Below, piece by piece: positions 25,092 through 38,329 of a stretch of DNA of 64,000 nt. The stretch's first letter is position 1; every line of letters starts with the position of its first letter. The stretch is from Octopus sinensis (Eukaryota): the NCBI RefSeq assembly GCF_006345805.1, contig NC_043012.1, positions 5,270,001 to 5,334,000 on the forward strand, read 5' to 3'. The translations under genes and the position numbers were made by a program. Below the pieces are notes generated by a model, which was given only the letters and a program-made list of their open reading frames with translations, was not told where the DNA came from and made no database searches.

Positions 25092-25390
25092 ATGTATATG
25101 TGTGGGTGTGTGTGTGTGTGGTGTGTGTGGTGTGTGGTGTGTGTGGTTGTGTGTGTGTGTGTGTGTATACGTTTCTGCATCTGTATTTGTTCCGCAACAT
25201 CGCTTGAAACCGATGCTGGTGGTGTGTTTACGTCCCCGTAAGTTAGCGTTTCGGCAAAAGACACCGATAGAATAAGTACTAGGCTTACAACGAATAAGTC
25301 CTGGGGTCGATTTGCTCGACTAAAGGCGGTGCTCCAGCATGGCCACAGTCAAATGACTGAAACAAGTAAAAGAATAAAAGAGTAAAGAGT
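24877..25390 (+). mobile_element. Family B SINE, full length
   Basis: Same head and tail; internal (TA)/(TG) microsatellite. Confidence 0.92.
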
Positions 25391-25559
25391 AAATATAACC
25401 AATTTTATTAATGTTAACGGAAGACAATTCTTAGTTTATTTAAGTGTCGTTTAATACATGAGTCATATCATGATTTCTAAAATAAAAAAAAACACGCTAA
25501 AGTAAAGATAAAAAGTAGTTTCTCTTCCGTTGCGCTCCCACGAATTGCCAATCTTTTTC

Positions 25560-25800
25560 ATGCGTTGATGTCAAGGATTAGATGTGTGATGCACGAAAAC
25601 ATCAGGTATAACTCTTCTGATATGACAAGAAGGCAGCTCATGTCTGATAAGATCCGGCCCGGTCGTAGAGCTTGCTGAAAGAACTCAACGGTCCTGAGGA
25701 GTTCGACATGCTCTGGTTCTTTTCAGTTAAGAATACCATTGTCCTGGATTAAAAAGTGAACAGGAGGAATGACAGATAATTCTGCACCAGCCCCAATGAA
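25560..25800 (-). pseudogene. Possible Gypsy-type aspartic protease relic
   Basis: Minus-strand FIGAGAELSVIPP resembles the FLxDTGAExSVIPP protease motif; the rest is highly degenerate. Confidence 0.3.
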
Positions 25801-26204
25801 GAGAGGATAGGGAGAGAGAGAGAGAGAGAGGGGGGGACGACGGTTACGTCTGTATATACAAACATACATATACATAGGCTCAGTTATATAAAGCCTTTTA
25901 ACCAAAGATGTGCACTTGTGAAGTTTATCAAACAGCTAATGAAGAAGCTATTTTACTAGAAAGGCGCATTATAGGCGTAGGAGTAGCTGTCTGGTAAGTA
26001 GCTTGCTTACGAACCACATGGTTTCGGGTTCAGTCCCGCTGGCACTTTGGGTCGACCAAAGCCTTGTGAGTGTATTTGGTAGACGGAAACTAAAAGAAGC
26101 CCGTCCTATATATGTATGTGTGTGTGTGTGTGTATACGTTTGTGTGTCTGTGTTTGCTCCCCCCAACATCACTTGACAACCGATGCTGGTGTGTTTACGT
26201 CCCC
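25801..26204 (+). repeat. Duplicated cassette (GA tract, unique ~130 bp, deleted family B SINE); partner at 32731-33118
   Basis: Near-identical unique flank (caaacatacatatacataggctcagttatataaagcc...ctagaaaggcg) and the same internal SINE deletion in both copies. Confidence 0.92.
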
Positions 26205-26516
26205 TACTGTTACGCTCACCGTGTATCCATCGTTTGTGATGGTCTTAGAGGTTGTGAACAATGGGAACCATGTTATTCGCTCTCTTTTTCCTGTTAGGAC
26301 TTAGTTGATGTGGCGGCCTGTATCAAGATTTTGGGGGCGATTGTCGAGTGGACTTGGGAATTGCTGGATGAATGTTGAAATTTTTTGGAGGTGATTGAAC
26401 GTGTTTCAACAAGACTGCTTTCTTTCTCCTCCCTATTCTTCTCTCGCTCTCGTCTTCTCTCTCTCTTTTCCTCTCTCTCTCTCTCTCTTCTTTCTCTCTC
26501 TCTCTCTTTATCTCTT

Positions 26517-26547
<31 letters not shown>

Positions 26548-26764
26548 GTCTGTAAGATCCAATCGTGGATGAGATTTTTTCATGATGATGTTATCCTAAT
26601 CTGTGGCTTCAAAGCTCACTTGATTTAATCTCTCTGAAACTACTACGTCTAGGGTGTCACTGAGAGGGAGACCAAAAAACCCATGATACTAAGGATCGTT
26701 GGTGCCTCTTTTTGGGTTATGGCCAACTTGAAAAAAATCCTCCCTATATATCTATCTATCTATC

Positions 26765-26799
<35 letters not shown>

Positions 26800-27072
26800 T
26801 ATATATACATAATACATATATATATATCACAATATATATATATATATATATTTGTATAATATATGTATGTATGTATGTATATATATATATCAACAGTACA
26901 GTCATCGACCCAAACTCAGAGCAAATAACCAAGAAAAATAACAGCAACAGTCTACGATAACAAGTCGTTTCCTATATTTTTAAGTGCAAGGTTTGCATCT
27001 ATTAGCAGCCAATGAGAGTTAGAATCTATGTGTGTGCGTGTGTATTTGTGTGTGTGCGTGTTGTGTATGTAA

Positions 27073-27128
<56 letters not shown>

Positions 27129-27853
27129 TATATGCAAACATACATTCATACATAGACACGCACAAACACACACACACAACAGCAACAACAACAACAACAA
27201 CAACAACAAAGAATAACCTAACGTATTTCTAGAACGTCAGAATATGTAAGTTTAAACGGCAAGGGTCACGTGATGAGCGAGAAGAATTTACAAATTAGCT
27301 CCTACTTAAATAGAGGATGTCACTGACAGTGGAAGATGTTTTGAATTATAGGCTAAATAAAGAAAACTCTTTGACGGCAAAATGTTCCCCCACTTATTTT
27401 GATATTAACGAGTATTTTGTGCAGGAGAAAGCAAGAAAGTAAACAAATATGATTCGTTTTGTACGAAATATTTTCAAGGAGATTGACGATAGGGATGTGT
27501 TGTGCTAAGCTAAGTTTTTGTTGAGTAAAACATAGTCGACATATCTCTATATTGTACATCGGCCTAAACCATCATTCTTTACCATCCAATATCTTTCAAC
27601 CATTTTTTCTTCTTTTGTGGTGGATGGGGGGGGGGGGGTCTGTTTTGTTTTTTTCATTGATTTTCTTTTATATATTCTTTAATACCTTCAACACACGGTG
27701 ATGATGCATGGTACACCTGGCTCTTTTTTCACAGGTCGTAATAAGCTGGAGGAAGTGAAAAAGTTATTTCCATTCTTCAGACGCTACACCTTGTTCGAAT
27801 TTTACAAATACATGTCAAACTGGGTGACTGGTTAAATCTACTACCCCAATATC

Positions 27854-27917
<64 letters not shown>

Positions 27918-27984
27918 CATACATCATTCATATATATATGTATATATATTTTCATATATATGTATATGTGTGTGTGTGTGTTTG

Positions 27985-28222
27985 GAGGCACGTGACTAAG
28001 TGGTTAGGGTGTCAGTACCAGCATCGTAAGATTGTGGTTTCGATTCCTGGACCGGGCGATTCGTTGTGTTCTTGAGCAAAACACTTCATTTCACGTTGTT
28101 CCAGTCCACTCAGCTGGCAAAAATGAGTAATCCTGCGACGGACCGGCCTCCCATCCAGGTAGAGAATTTCTACGCCACTGAAACCGGTAAACTGGACCTT
28201 ATGAGCCCGGCATGGCTCGAGA
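27985..28222 (+). mobile_element. tRNA-derived SINE, family C
   Basis: ggaggcacgtgactaagtggttagggtgtc...gtggtttcgattcctggaccgggcg...cttgagcaaaacacttcatttcacgttg...ccactcagctggcaaaaatgagta. Confidence 0.85.
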
Positions 28223-28246
28223 AGAAACATTTTTATATATGTGTGT

Positions 28247-28316
<70 letters not shown>

Positions 28317-28564
28317 CACATACGTATGTGTATGCACATGCGTATGTGTATGCGTACTACTATTTACGACGGGCTTCCACATAGTTTCCGTTTACTAAGT
28401 TTCGTCAAACGTTAGTCGACCTAAGATTCAAAATTGAATTAACGTTATTGTGGAGCTATCTTAACCGCATGCCTACATCTACACTCGTTACTTCAATATA
28501 TGTAGGGTTAGCCTCATTTGCATAAAAGCAATTCAAAATAAGAAAATGTAGATTTTATCGTGTA

Positions 28565-28690
28565 TTTTCTTTTATTTGTTTCAGTCATTTGACTGCGGCC
28601 ATGCTGGAGCACCGCCTTTCAGTCGAACAAATCGATCCCAGGACTTACTCTTTGTAAGCCTAGTATTTATTCTATCGGTCTCTTTTTTTT
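28565..28690 (-). mobile_element. Family B SINE 3' fragment
   Basis: ttgtttcagtcatttgactgcggccatgctggagcaccgcc...tattctatcggtctc. Confidence 0.85.
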
Positions 28691-28949
28691 TCTTTTTTTT
28701 TTGCAAAATTTTGATTTTACAGAAATATGTTTGGATATCAGATATTCGGCTCAATTATATTCAGCACGGTGTATTAGAATTCTGTTGAGGAATTGCACGT
28801 TATAAGGAAAACTAAATCTGTTACACGGAAAACGAAATACAAAACAAGTTTAAAAAATAAGTTCAAAATTCCTTACCGAATTATAGGTTCATAAAGCTGT
28901 CTTCCCTGATTCCGTGGTGTATATATTCCTCTCGGCCCTGGACCTGCTA

Positions 28950-29085
28950 AAAAAAAAACTGGAGTACCGTCAAATGAAATGTTTTGCTAAACAGCACAAC
29001 TCAATACACGGTCCAGGAACCGAAACCACAATCTTACGATCATAGGCGACTGCAACAGCTTAACCACTGAGCCACGCACATCCAC
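28950..29085 (-). mobile_element. Family C SINE 5' fragment
   Basis: ggtccaggaaccgaaaccacaatcttacgat...ttaaccactgagccacgc is the reverse complement of the family C head. Confidence 0.75.
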
Positions 29086-29339
29086 AATTCAAGTAAGATA
29101 CGAATATGCTAACGCACATAGCAATACAATATCTCCAAGATGTTGAGGATGATAATATTTAGTGCAGAGGAATATGATTTTACACATAAGAAGTGAACAA
29201 TACAATTCCCTCAAGTGAGTGTAGATTATAATACACAGTGCAAAGGCAAAACGATTCAGCGTCGAACAAAGTTCTATGCAGTATTTATTCTTGTGTTCTA
29301 CATTCATAGTTTAACCATACAAGATCAACAGTGTCATCA

Positions 29340-29600
29340 TAAAAAAATAATAAAATTATTGTATACAGTGCTCAGGTGCACCACAACTTGTCAAAAGTGC
29401 GTATAAAGCATATGCAGTAATGTACAAATGTCTGGGAAGTGTATGAGTCAGATACATGCTTGTGTGTGTATGGAGGGAAGAAAATCAGGTGTAGTGTTAG
29501 CGAATCTCAGGAAGCATGGAAGTTTTGAAGGATGCAGTGCTCCGACAACTAACAACTGATGCCGTTTGTTCCATACTTCAGCAACTCTTAGCGTGAAAAA
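29340..29600 (-). mobile_element. CR1/L2-like LINE 3' end (5'-truncated)
   Basis: Minus strand FFTLRVAEVWNK.(fs)ASVVSCRSTASFKTSMLPEIR* (cf. FFSxRVVxxWNxLP), then a 3' UTR and an ATT-like tail. Confidence 0.75.
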
Positions 29601-30460
29601 TTTAAGGGTTGGTTAAAGTTTGTGCTAATGCTATAAATAGGCAATAAAGTCTGGTGATTTTCGAAATTCTTGGGTCATTGGAGAAAATGCTTTGCTATAT
29701 TTTTCCTGCTTTGTATGTTCTGACTGTCTCGGCAGGTGTAGCGAACTAGTCTTTATCTAATCAATAATAAACTGATTTGTAAATTATACAGAAAGGAAGA
29801 TGATAAGAAGTCCCCTTTGTATTTTGTATTTTACCTTGACAATTCCAGGACAAACACATGTCAAGGAAGACAGCAGGGGTCATTCTTCGAGCTCTTGGCG
29901 CAGAGAAAAGTATCAAATACATATCAAATACATACAGGCACTGATTCGTGTCGGAGCAGTGTGTTTTCACAGATATGAAATGACACGAGAGTTTCGTTTC
30001 AACCAGAGACAGGAGCATCAATTAGCCACTAACGCTTCAAAATGTGATAATGATAATATGATATTAGCTAGCACTGCTTTAAGCTATATTGGGCAGCCAG
30101 CGTATTTTTGAAGGGACTTCACTCGTAGTGTTTCCCTATGTCAGAGGAAAGGCGAGGTCAGGACGTCTGAGAGTCGCTGTCGGGAACAGAGATCGCCAAA
30201 AGAGATAACAATACGTCGTTTCTTGATTTGATGGATGGGTGTTGCCTCCTTTCTGAGCGGATCCTTCCTGGTAAACGGATATTGTGCGCTGTCCTGTCAA
30301 AGTATTCAAACACCTTCCACACTCTAAGGATCTGCAACTAGGAAACATTTTAAGCAGTAATACCTGTCATGAGGTCAGATTAACAGTGGTAAACAAGAAA
30401 TACCACTCAACGGTATCACCCAATAGTATTCCTTCATAAAAACATAATATATTTCAGCTA

Positions 30461-30490
30461 AGAAGAAGAAGAAGGAGGAGGAGGAGGAGG

Positions 30491-30523
<33 letters not shown>

Positions 30524-30616
30524 AAGAAGAAGAAGAGAAGAAGAAGAAGAAGAAGAAGAAGAAGAAGAAGAAGAAGAAGAAGAAGAAGAAGAAGAGAAGA
30601 AGAAGAAGAAGAAGAA
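30461..30616 (+). repeat. (GAA)n/(GGA)n microsatellite
   Basis: Direct observation. Confidence 0.97.
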
Positions 30617-30963
30617 ATCACCAAGAAAAAAAGCCTTCTAATCGATGTACCAATACAAACAGATAATTACGTATCTCTAAAAGAAACGGAGAAACTCTCA
30701 ATATACAAAGATCTGGAAATAGAGGTGTCCCGCATGTGGAGCCTAAAAACAGAAACAATCCCAGTAATAATAGGTGCATTAGGTATGATTAAAAAACATT
30801 CAAACAAATACATAACCAAAACATCAGGACCTGCGAATGTATATAACATACATCCTACGTAAAGCACTTTCAATACAGTAAAAATAAGAGCACCACAACA
30901 AACCACAGCACATACCCAAGCACACTCGGTAGTGCGGTGAAAGTACGTGATAAAAATAAGATT
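30617..30963 (+). mobile_element. R4/Dong-clade non-LTR retrotransposon 3' end (restriction-like endonuclease domain)
   Basis: ATG-less frame KKSLLIDVPIQTDNYVSLKETEKLSIYKDLEIEVSRMWSLKTETIPVIIGALGMIKK...NVYNI.(del)HILRKALSIQ* carries the PD..D-x-K-x-KYxxL type RLE signature and the IGALG motif. Confidence 0.85.
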
Positions 30964-30992
30964 ATTGAAGAAGAAGAGTTTCAAATTTTGCC

Positions 30993-31137
30993 ACAGGTGG
31001 TACTTAATTTATCGATCCCCGAAAGGATGAAAAACAGAGTCGACTTCGGTGCAATTTGAACTCGGAATGTGAAAACGGAAGAAATACCGCTAAGCATTTT
31101 GACCGACGAGCTAATGATTCTGCCAGCTCGCCGCCTA
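30993..31137 (-). mobile_element. Family A SINE
   Basis: gtacttaatttatcgatccccgaaaggatgaaa...tctgccagctcgccgcc. Confidence 0.88.
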
Positions 31138-31789
31138 GCATAATAATAATTAATATTACAAAAAAAAAAGATCATACAAATACAAATTACAAATGAAGAC
31201 CAGTTAAAACACACATATGGCCACATAGTAACACCATTTAATTACTGGTATCTACGATTGCTGGTTGTACATATTACTAATCAAATATTATAGAAAAATA
31301 TCAGGCCAGGTCAGGTCAGCATTGGCAAACAGGAAAATAACCCTCCCGGGTTTCACCCAAAGGCATTAGTGTTGATTATAATGATAATTAATTTGTGCAA
31401 AGGAACCGCAAATGCATAATTACATCATTTTTAAATAAGTAACTGTAATAGCTGTACAAATTACATTCAAAATACTAACGACATATACAGAGATAGAAGG
31501 GGTTTGTTTTTCGTTCTTAACGGAGAACTTTCTGGTTAATTTTTATGTGTCAAATATTTCTTCTGTTTATGCTAAATGGAATGGGTTAGCGTCCTGTTGA
31601 TTTTTGCTCAACTCATTAACAGTTTTTATCTGACTGTTTCGTAGGTGTGAAATCTGGCACCATGAACCGATGATTTACTGATAATGTCGGTGCTATTTTT
31701 GCTAAGGCTGAAGAGAATAAATGTGTGTATAATTGCCTAAAATTTGTGGAAATAGAATCGTTTGAGACGCAGACGATGTTAAGTGATGA

Positions 31790-32035
<246 letters not shown>

Positions 32036-32199
32036 GTGTCTCTTATACATGGGCCTGGTGGGTGAATAAAGATGGTCTGGTGGAGGTGGAGAGAACAAGC
32101 GAAAGGTTGATGATGGAAATCCAGGATTCAAAGAATGTAAAGTAAGGAGGAAGCAAAATGTTCGTTGCATGATTGGCAAAGTTTTCTCTGACATTACAA

Positions 32200-32610
32200 A
32201 TCTACCGTTCTCTCAGGTTACCTTCCATCATCGATTGTCACCAATAACTATGGTTGTTTGTCATCTTGTCGGGGAGAACCAGCATCTTCAGCTCAACCTT
32301 CGCCACTTTATCACATGTCTGTGATGCAACCAACTTACATCCTGCAATACATGCTGTTAGTCCCTATGTTGGTCCAAAATGATGTAACATCCCTTTCTTA
32401 ATCCCATGCATTCTTCGCGTTCAGCAATATGTTATAATAGCATTTCCGCGTTTCCTTCGTGTCAGAAATAATGGCAAGTGTGCCGTCATCAATTCGGATA
32501 CGCTTCTCACCAATATTATTTACAATCTCTCTGACATACTGTCTTGAGACCTTGAACATCTCACACCTCTGATCCTCTCGTCTGCCTAGCTCTAAGGATT
32601 TTCGGCCGAC
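32200..32610 (-). mobile_element. RTE-clade LINE fragment (region between endonuclease and RT, joined to a C-terminal Cys motif)
   Basis: RREDQRCEMFKVSRQYVRE...IGEKRIRIDDGTLA...YNILLNAKNAWD resembles RTE-type FRIAxQxxRE..GEKCxRxDDG..LLNxENxWD, followed by an NSMYC..CKL remnant. Confidence 0.7.
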
Positions 32611-32730
32611 GATACGTACGTATGAATGTATATGTATAAATTCGGAATGCATACGAGAGCGAAAAAGATGATAGAGAGGCAGTGAATGAAGTACTTCGAG
32701 AGATAGGAATCAAAGAAGGAGAGAGGGAGA

Positions 32731-33183
32731 GAGAGGATTGCGAGAGAGGGAGAGCCGACGGCTTCGTCTATATATACAAACATACATATACATAGGCTCA
32801 GTTATATAAAGCCTTTTAACCAAAGATGTGCACTTGTGAAGTTTATCAAACAGCTAATGAAGAAGCTGTTTTACTAGAAAGGCGTATTATAGGCGTAGGA
32901 GTAGCTGTCTGGTAAGTAGCTTGCTTACGAACCACATGGTTCCGGGTTCAATCCCTCTGGCACTTTGGGTCAACCAAAGCCTTGTGAGTGGATTTGGTAG
33001 ACGGAAACTAAAAGAAGCCCGTCCTATATATGTATGTGTGTGTGTGTATACGTTTGTGTGTCTGTGTTTGCTCCCCCCAACATCGCTTGACAACCGATGC
33101 TGATGTGTTTACGTCCCTGTAACTTAGCGGTTCGGCAAAAGAGACCGATAGAATAAATACTAGGCTTACAAAGAATAAGTCCC
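32731..33183 (+). mobile_element. Second copy of the duplicated cassette, with a longer family B SINE (32892-33183)
   Basis: Matches 25801-26204 and continues into the SINE 3' part. Confidence 0.9.
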
Positions 33184-33199
33184 TATCCTCTAGGCACTT

Positions 33200-33290
33200 T
33201 TTGAAAATCCTCTGGGCCAGGCAGACGCGAGGATCACAGGTAGGAGGTGTTCTGGACTCCAAGACAGTATGTCAGGTAGAATCTAATTAA
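33200..33290 (+). mobile_element. Short RTE-type LINE fragment homologous to 32510-32610, opposite orientation
   Basis: gaaaatcctctgggccaggcagacgcgaggatcacagg...caagacagtatgtcag aligns with the reverse complement of 32510-32610. Confidence 0.7.
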
Positions 33291-33314
33291 TGGGAAACGA
33301 AGGTTCTGGAGAAA

Positions 33315-33490
33315 ACCTTATTAATATTGGGGTGATGGTGGTGGTGGTGATAGTGGTGGTGGGGATGATAGTGGTGGTGGTGGTGGTGGTGGTGGAAATG
33401 GTGGTGGTGGAGGTCGTGGTAGGGCATGACGGTAGTAATATGAGTGATGTCGGTACTACCGCCACTGCTGCTGCTGCTGTTGCTACTGTT
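33315..33490 (+). repeat. (GGT)n-rich trinucleotide tract
   Basis: Direct observation. Confidence 0.85.
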
Positions 33491-33732
33491 ACGATTCTGA
33501 TGTAATGGCCTAATGCTGCAATAACAGCGATAACCACTGTGAGAGAACTCTTTCGTAATTGTAATTCCTTATTGGTCTCCGTTTCCATTTGTTTGGAATT
33601 CTATTGTTTTTGCTTTCTACCTTTCTTCCTTTCTTTCTTCTTCTTTTCTCTTTCTTTGTTTTTGCTTTCCTCTTATGTTTTGTATTTGCGGTTCATTTCC
33701 CTAACCAGACACTCTGTATACACACACACACT

Positions 33733-33807
<75 letters not shown>

Positions 33808-33964
33808 TCAGAAGCACGCGGAAACAATTGCATTGCTCTCTAACCACGCATCCACAAGCACATGGTCATACACGCACACAGACACACGTAAATACAAACA
33901 TACACACATACTCACTCACAAGCTCCCAAGCACTAATACACATACATGCGTAGTGCCCATAGTC

Positions 33965-34000
<36 letters not shown>

Positions 34001-34229
34001 ACCGCCCACGCATTCACACACACAGACACACATACTCACCCATATGTACATCTCCACACAATTATTCACACACAAACAAATCAAGGTTCATCGAATTAAT
34101 GAACAAAGAAAAAAAAGGAACAAAAAATAAACGGAATGAAACAGAAAAGATAGAAAAGAAAAAGGAAGGAAGGAAGGAAGAAAAACTGGGGAAAGAAAGA
34201 AAGAACGAAAGAAAGAAGGACAGAAAGGA

Positions 34230-34329
34230 NNNNNNNNNNNNNNNNNNNNNNNNNNNNNNNNNNNNNNNNNNNNNNNNNNNNNNNNNNNNNNNNNNNNNNN
34301 NNNNNNNNNNNNNNNNNNNNNNNNNNNNN
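34230..34329. other. Assembly gap (100 N)
   Basis: Run of exactly 100 N, typical of a placeholder gap of unknown size. Confidence 0.99.
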
Positions 34330-35118
34330 TCGGGCCAGGTCCGTATTGTACAGAGCAGAAACAAAGAAGCATTTAATTTTCAAACGCTAACATTAAGCGA
34401 TGGCTCTGTCATGTTCAGACTGATAATAATAACTCAATCAATCGGTATAACACAGTTCATATCTGTTGTTGATGGTAGGATTAAATTTATCAAATGGATA
34501 ATTTGTTTAATCGTTAATTTTCTGATATTTCGTGCAGAGGTTTTGATGTTTTGGTTATGATATGTCTTTCTAAAGAAGGAAGCTATGTATAAATATGTTA
34601 TTTAAAGCAGATATGAAGATTTCATGTGTTGCTTTCATAAATATAACCACAATCAAAGTGATACATCGTGTAAGCTCGTAAACATTTGACCACATTGTTA
34701 AAGAAGCAATTAGATTATGTACCCAGCTCCCTACGAATCACTTGACAGAACACAGCGGAGTTCTAACCTGTAGATGCCGCCGTCTAAGGAGGCAGGTGTT
34801 ATTATCAAGGATATGGACCTTATATGGAGTTAATACATCCAACCGGGACCTTCACGTAGGATAAACTTTGTTACATTAACACCATCTAGAACAGATTGAT
34901 GCTTGCGGCTACATCGCTTTGTCTCTTGCCTGTTTGGGAGTCTCCATTTCTTGTGTAGACAACTTTGGTTTCTGTAACGCACAGATAGACTTTTACACAC
35001 AGCTTTTCTTGTTACACACACACACACACACACACGCATGTATATATATACATATGTGTGTATATACATATATATATATATGTATGTGTATATATATATG
35101 TGTGTGTGTACACACACA

Positions 35119-35730
35119 CAGAGGGTACGGTGAATATATTGTCGTCTAAATTATGTAAAATTGAAAATAACACTGACATCTCATTTTAACAGATATATTT
35201 ACCAAAATTACATTAAAATATCTTGAAATACTTAAGAGTAAATTTATTCAATAAAATCACCATTGACTTCAACCACAGCCTCCAGACGACTTTGGAATCT
35301 CCTACAGCTCTCCTGGACATTTTCCTTGTTTAAGTTGGTCAATGCTGCCATAATCCTTGCCTTCACTTCATCTTTGGGGTTTTGATGGTCTCTCACTCAA
35401 CTGCACCCCCCCCCCATAATAATCCAGGGGGTTGCAGTCTGGTGGGTCAGGTGGCCAGATGTTAGAGGTGATGTGGTCGCAGAAATTGTCTGACAGCTAT
35501 AACTGGGTTCTCCTTCTTGTGTGACATGATGCAGACACTTGTTGCCAGACACAGGTTCTTCCAGCAGCCAGCCTTTTGACCCAGGCACTAGATGTAGGCC
35601 TCTGTATTGAGTCTAAGGCCGCGTGGGAAGATGAATATAAGCATAACGTCGTCATCACTAGTGATGATTCCTAGCACCATGATGTTGACTGGATGTTTGA
35701 TTTTTATCACTCTCAGTACATGTCCTCAAA
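35119..35730 (-). mobile_element. Tc1/mariner maT-type (DD37D-like) transposon, 3' half with one TIR
   Basis: Minus strand KIKHPVNIMVLGIITSDDDVM...WVKRLAAGRTCVWQQVSASCHTRRRTQ..LSDNFCDHITSNIWPPDPPDCNPLDY...RLEAVVEVNGDFIE* (stop at 35244-35246); TIR-like end cagagggtacggtgaatatattgtcgtc at 35119. Confidence 0.85.
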
Positions 35731-35934
35731 TTTACATCCAGACACTCTGAAATATTTGTACCGAAGCTTCCGGTGCGAATGCCAAGCGGTACAGCATGTC
35801 GTTTCCAAATTTCTGGCAGAGTAAATTGCAGCATGGTACTGTTTTTCTCAAAGACGGTGCCTAACTGTGTAGTCGACAAAATCAAAACAAACGATGATGG
35901 TGCTGACACCCTAACCACTAAGCCACGCACCATG

Positions 35935-35972
<38 letters not shown>

Positions 35973-36341
35973 CAATCACCTACCATACCCTCATATCCTC
36001 CAGCAGTTACTCATTTCAAATGAGACCTCGTCAAATGAAAGGATTTGCTTACGGACACAGTTCGCCACCCCGTACCGGAACCGAACACGCCGTCTTATAA
36101 TCGTAAGCCCAACACACTTGCCAATAACAAGCTTTGTGCCTCCACTGTGTGAGTGTTTGCGTATGAGTGTTTGAGCGTGCGCATGCTCGTGTATGCATAG
36201 ATATAGATGTTTGTAAAGAAGTACTCTCAACGCTTTAGTCGAAGTATTTATTTATCTGAGCCGCACCCTGGGCATCTGCCTTCTCTCATATCCCCGAGTC
36301 GACCAAAACGTGCAAGTGTGTGTGTGTGTGTGTGTGTGATA

Positions 36342-36563
36342 CACGAGGTGGTTTTGAAAAGTTCCTGGCTTTGGGTAAAAGAAAATACAGGAGGATCAGT
36401 GAATTGTGATCTTACTCATCATATTCTCCTCTCAGATTCACACATTTATTGCAGCGGTCCTTCAGTTTTTCTAAACCCTGAAAAAAAACTCGGTTAGTTG
36501 GGCCTCCATCTAGTCCTTATTGTGATACCTTTAAAGCTAGGAACTTTTCAGCAGCCCCTCACA
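36342..36563 (-). mobile_element. 222-bp mariner-derived MITE
   Basis: TIRs cacgaggtggttttgaaaagttcctggcttt / aaagctaggaacttttcagcagcccctcaca with TA on each side; retains the transposase C-terminus QGLEKLKDRCNKCVNLRGEYDE* on the minus strand. Confidence 0.88.
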
Positions 36564-36601
36564 TACACGCACAGTCAACCATATACACACATAAACATAT
36601 A

Positions 36602-36915
36602 TCATCATCATCATCATCATCATCGTCGTCGTCGTCATCAACGTTTGACATCCGTTATCCATGGTGGCATGAGCTGGACGGTTTGACCAGAGCTGGAAAG
36701 CTGGGGAGCTACACCAGACTCCAGTCTGCTTCGACATGGTTTCCACAGCTGAATGCTCTTCCTAACGCCAACCGCTTCACAGAGTGTGGAGGATGCTTTT
36801 ACGTAGCACGGCACGGGCAGTTTTACGTGACACCACACGGACTCCTTTACGTGGCGCCGCCGCGGGCGTTTTTGCGAGGCATCGCACGGGTTCTTTTACG
36901 TGGCACCGCCACGAG
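36602..36915 (-). mobile_element. SINE/LINE 3' portion with a (GAT)n tail (RTE-type tail) and internal ~22-24-bp tandem repeats
   Basis: (CAT)n, then caacgtttgacatccgttatccatggtggcatg...gaatgctcttcctaacgccaacc, then four ttttacgtggcaccgc-like units. Confidence 0.7.
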
Positions 36916-36949
36916 TGCATTGCGTCAACAGAAGGTATGGTCTAAACAA

Positions 36950-36983
<34 letters not shown>

Positions 36984-37789
36984 CAGACATACACTCACAT
37001 AAATATTTCCTTTATCAAACACTCCAAGATTAAACAAGTAATTACAAATAATATTGTTCGGATAACTCTGTAAATTAAAGAACTTTCTCTTGAAAATGTG
37101 GGTTTTGTTTCTTGTTTAGAAAAACACGCCGCTACTACTTTCCAAGGCATTTTAAAGTTTGTTATTTCATTTCAGAGAATTTTAATTTAGGAGGTGAGGA
37201 AGGGCTTCGGGGAGTCTCCTTGCTTGAAGTTTTTATCACAATTTCAAAATTTACTCATTGACTATGTTAGGGATGTTTGCTTCTTTCAAATCTTTGCTTG
37301 CAATTTTTTCACTTCATTTCGTTCTTATTTTCAAACCCGTCTTTATAAACACATTAATTAAACCTTTGAAGACAAAATTTCAAGAAAGAAAATGAAATAC
37401 AACAAAGAAAATAAATAAAAAGAATTGAATTCAAAAAGGAAATTATAAACGAATCCTTAGTAAAGACTGAACTAGCATCACCAGTTCTTTAATCCAATAA
37501 ACTTTTATTCCTCAAAGTACAAACATGCCCATGCAAACATACATACGTATACATATCGCATGTACTCGCACAAGCACACACACACACACAAGTATACAAA
37601 CACACTAACACACAAACACACACACACACACACACACACACGCGCGCGCAAGGATACATACACACTGACACACAGCCATCAGTGAATATAGGGGAGATAA
37701 ACATGCCACAGTGACATTCAACATAATTCTTTTAAAGTTTCAAACGAGAAAATCTTAAAAGAGGGGAAAAAAATTAACGATCAAACGTG

Positions 37790-37925
37790 AACGAAGAAGA
37801 AGAAGAAGAAGAAGGCGAAGAAGAAGAAGAAGAAGAAGAAGAAGAAGAAGAAGAAGAAGAAGAAGAAGAAGAAGAAGAAGAAGAAGAAGAAGAAGAAGAA
37901 GAACAACAACAACAACAACAACAAC
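37790..37925 (+). repeat. (GAA)n(CAA)n microsatellite
   Basis: Direct observation. Confidence 0.97.
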
Positions 37926-38329
37926 ACAACAGGTTAAGATATAGAATGCAGAATTAAGAACCACCCGTAAAAGAAGGTATTTGTGCAGCCATGAAAAACA
38001 TGTGATCAATGGGCAAAGAAGTGATTTTGATTGAATTAAAGTGTTCAATCATAAACGTGGCACCGTTTAATGCCGACAGTGCTGCCATTGGCGGCCTGAT
38101 ATGTTGAATTAAAACAGCAGCAGCAGCGAGTTTCTGTTCGAGGAAGCCGCAAGGCGGTCGCTGTACAAGCTAGAACCGTCAAAGAAAGGCTACCCTTGAG
38201 TCGCAAAGAAAGAAAGAAAGAAAGAAAGAATGAAAGAAAGAAAGAAAGAAAAGATACGAATGATTGTTCGCCATTTTAACAGCGTACGAATATATATAAC
38301 CATTACCATTATCTAAAGGCTAAAAAATA

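Noticed and set aside
30136-30348. Unique stretch near the LINE fragments as an exon or TE ORF
   Set aside because: No frame gave a motif I could recognise; left unassigned.
34096-34560. ORFs spanning the N run
   Set aside because: They are artefacts of reading through an assembly gap and purine-rich repeats.
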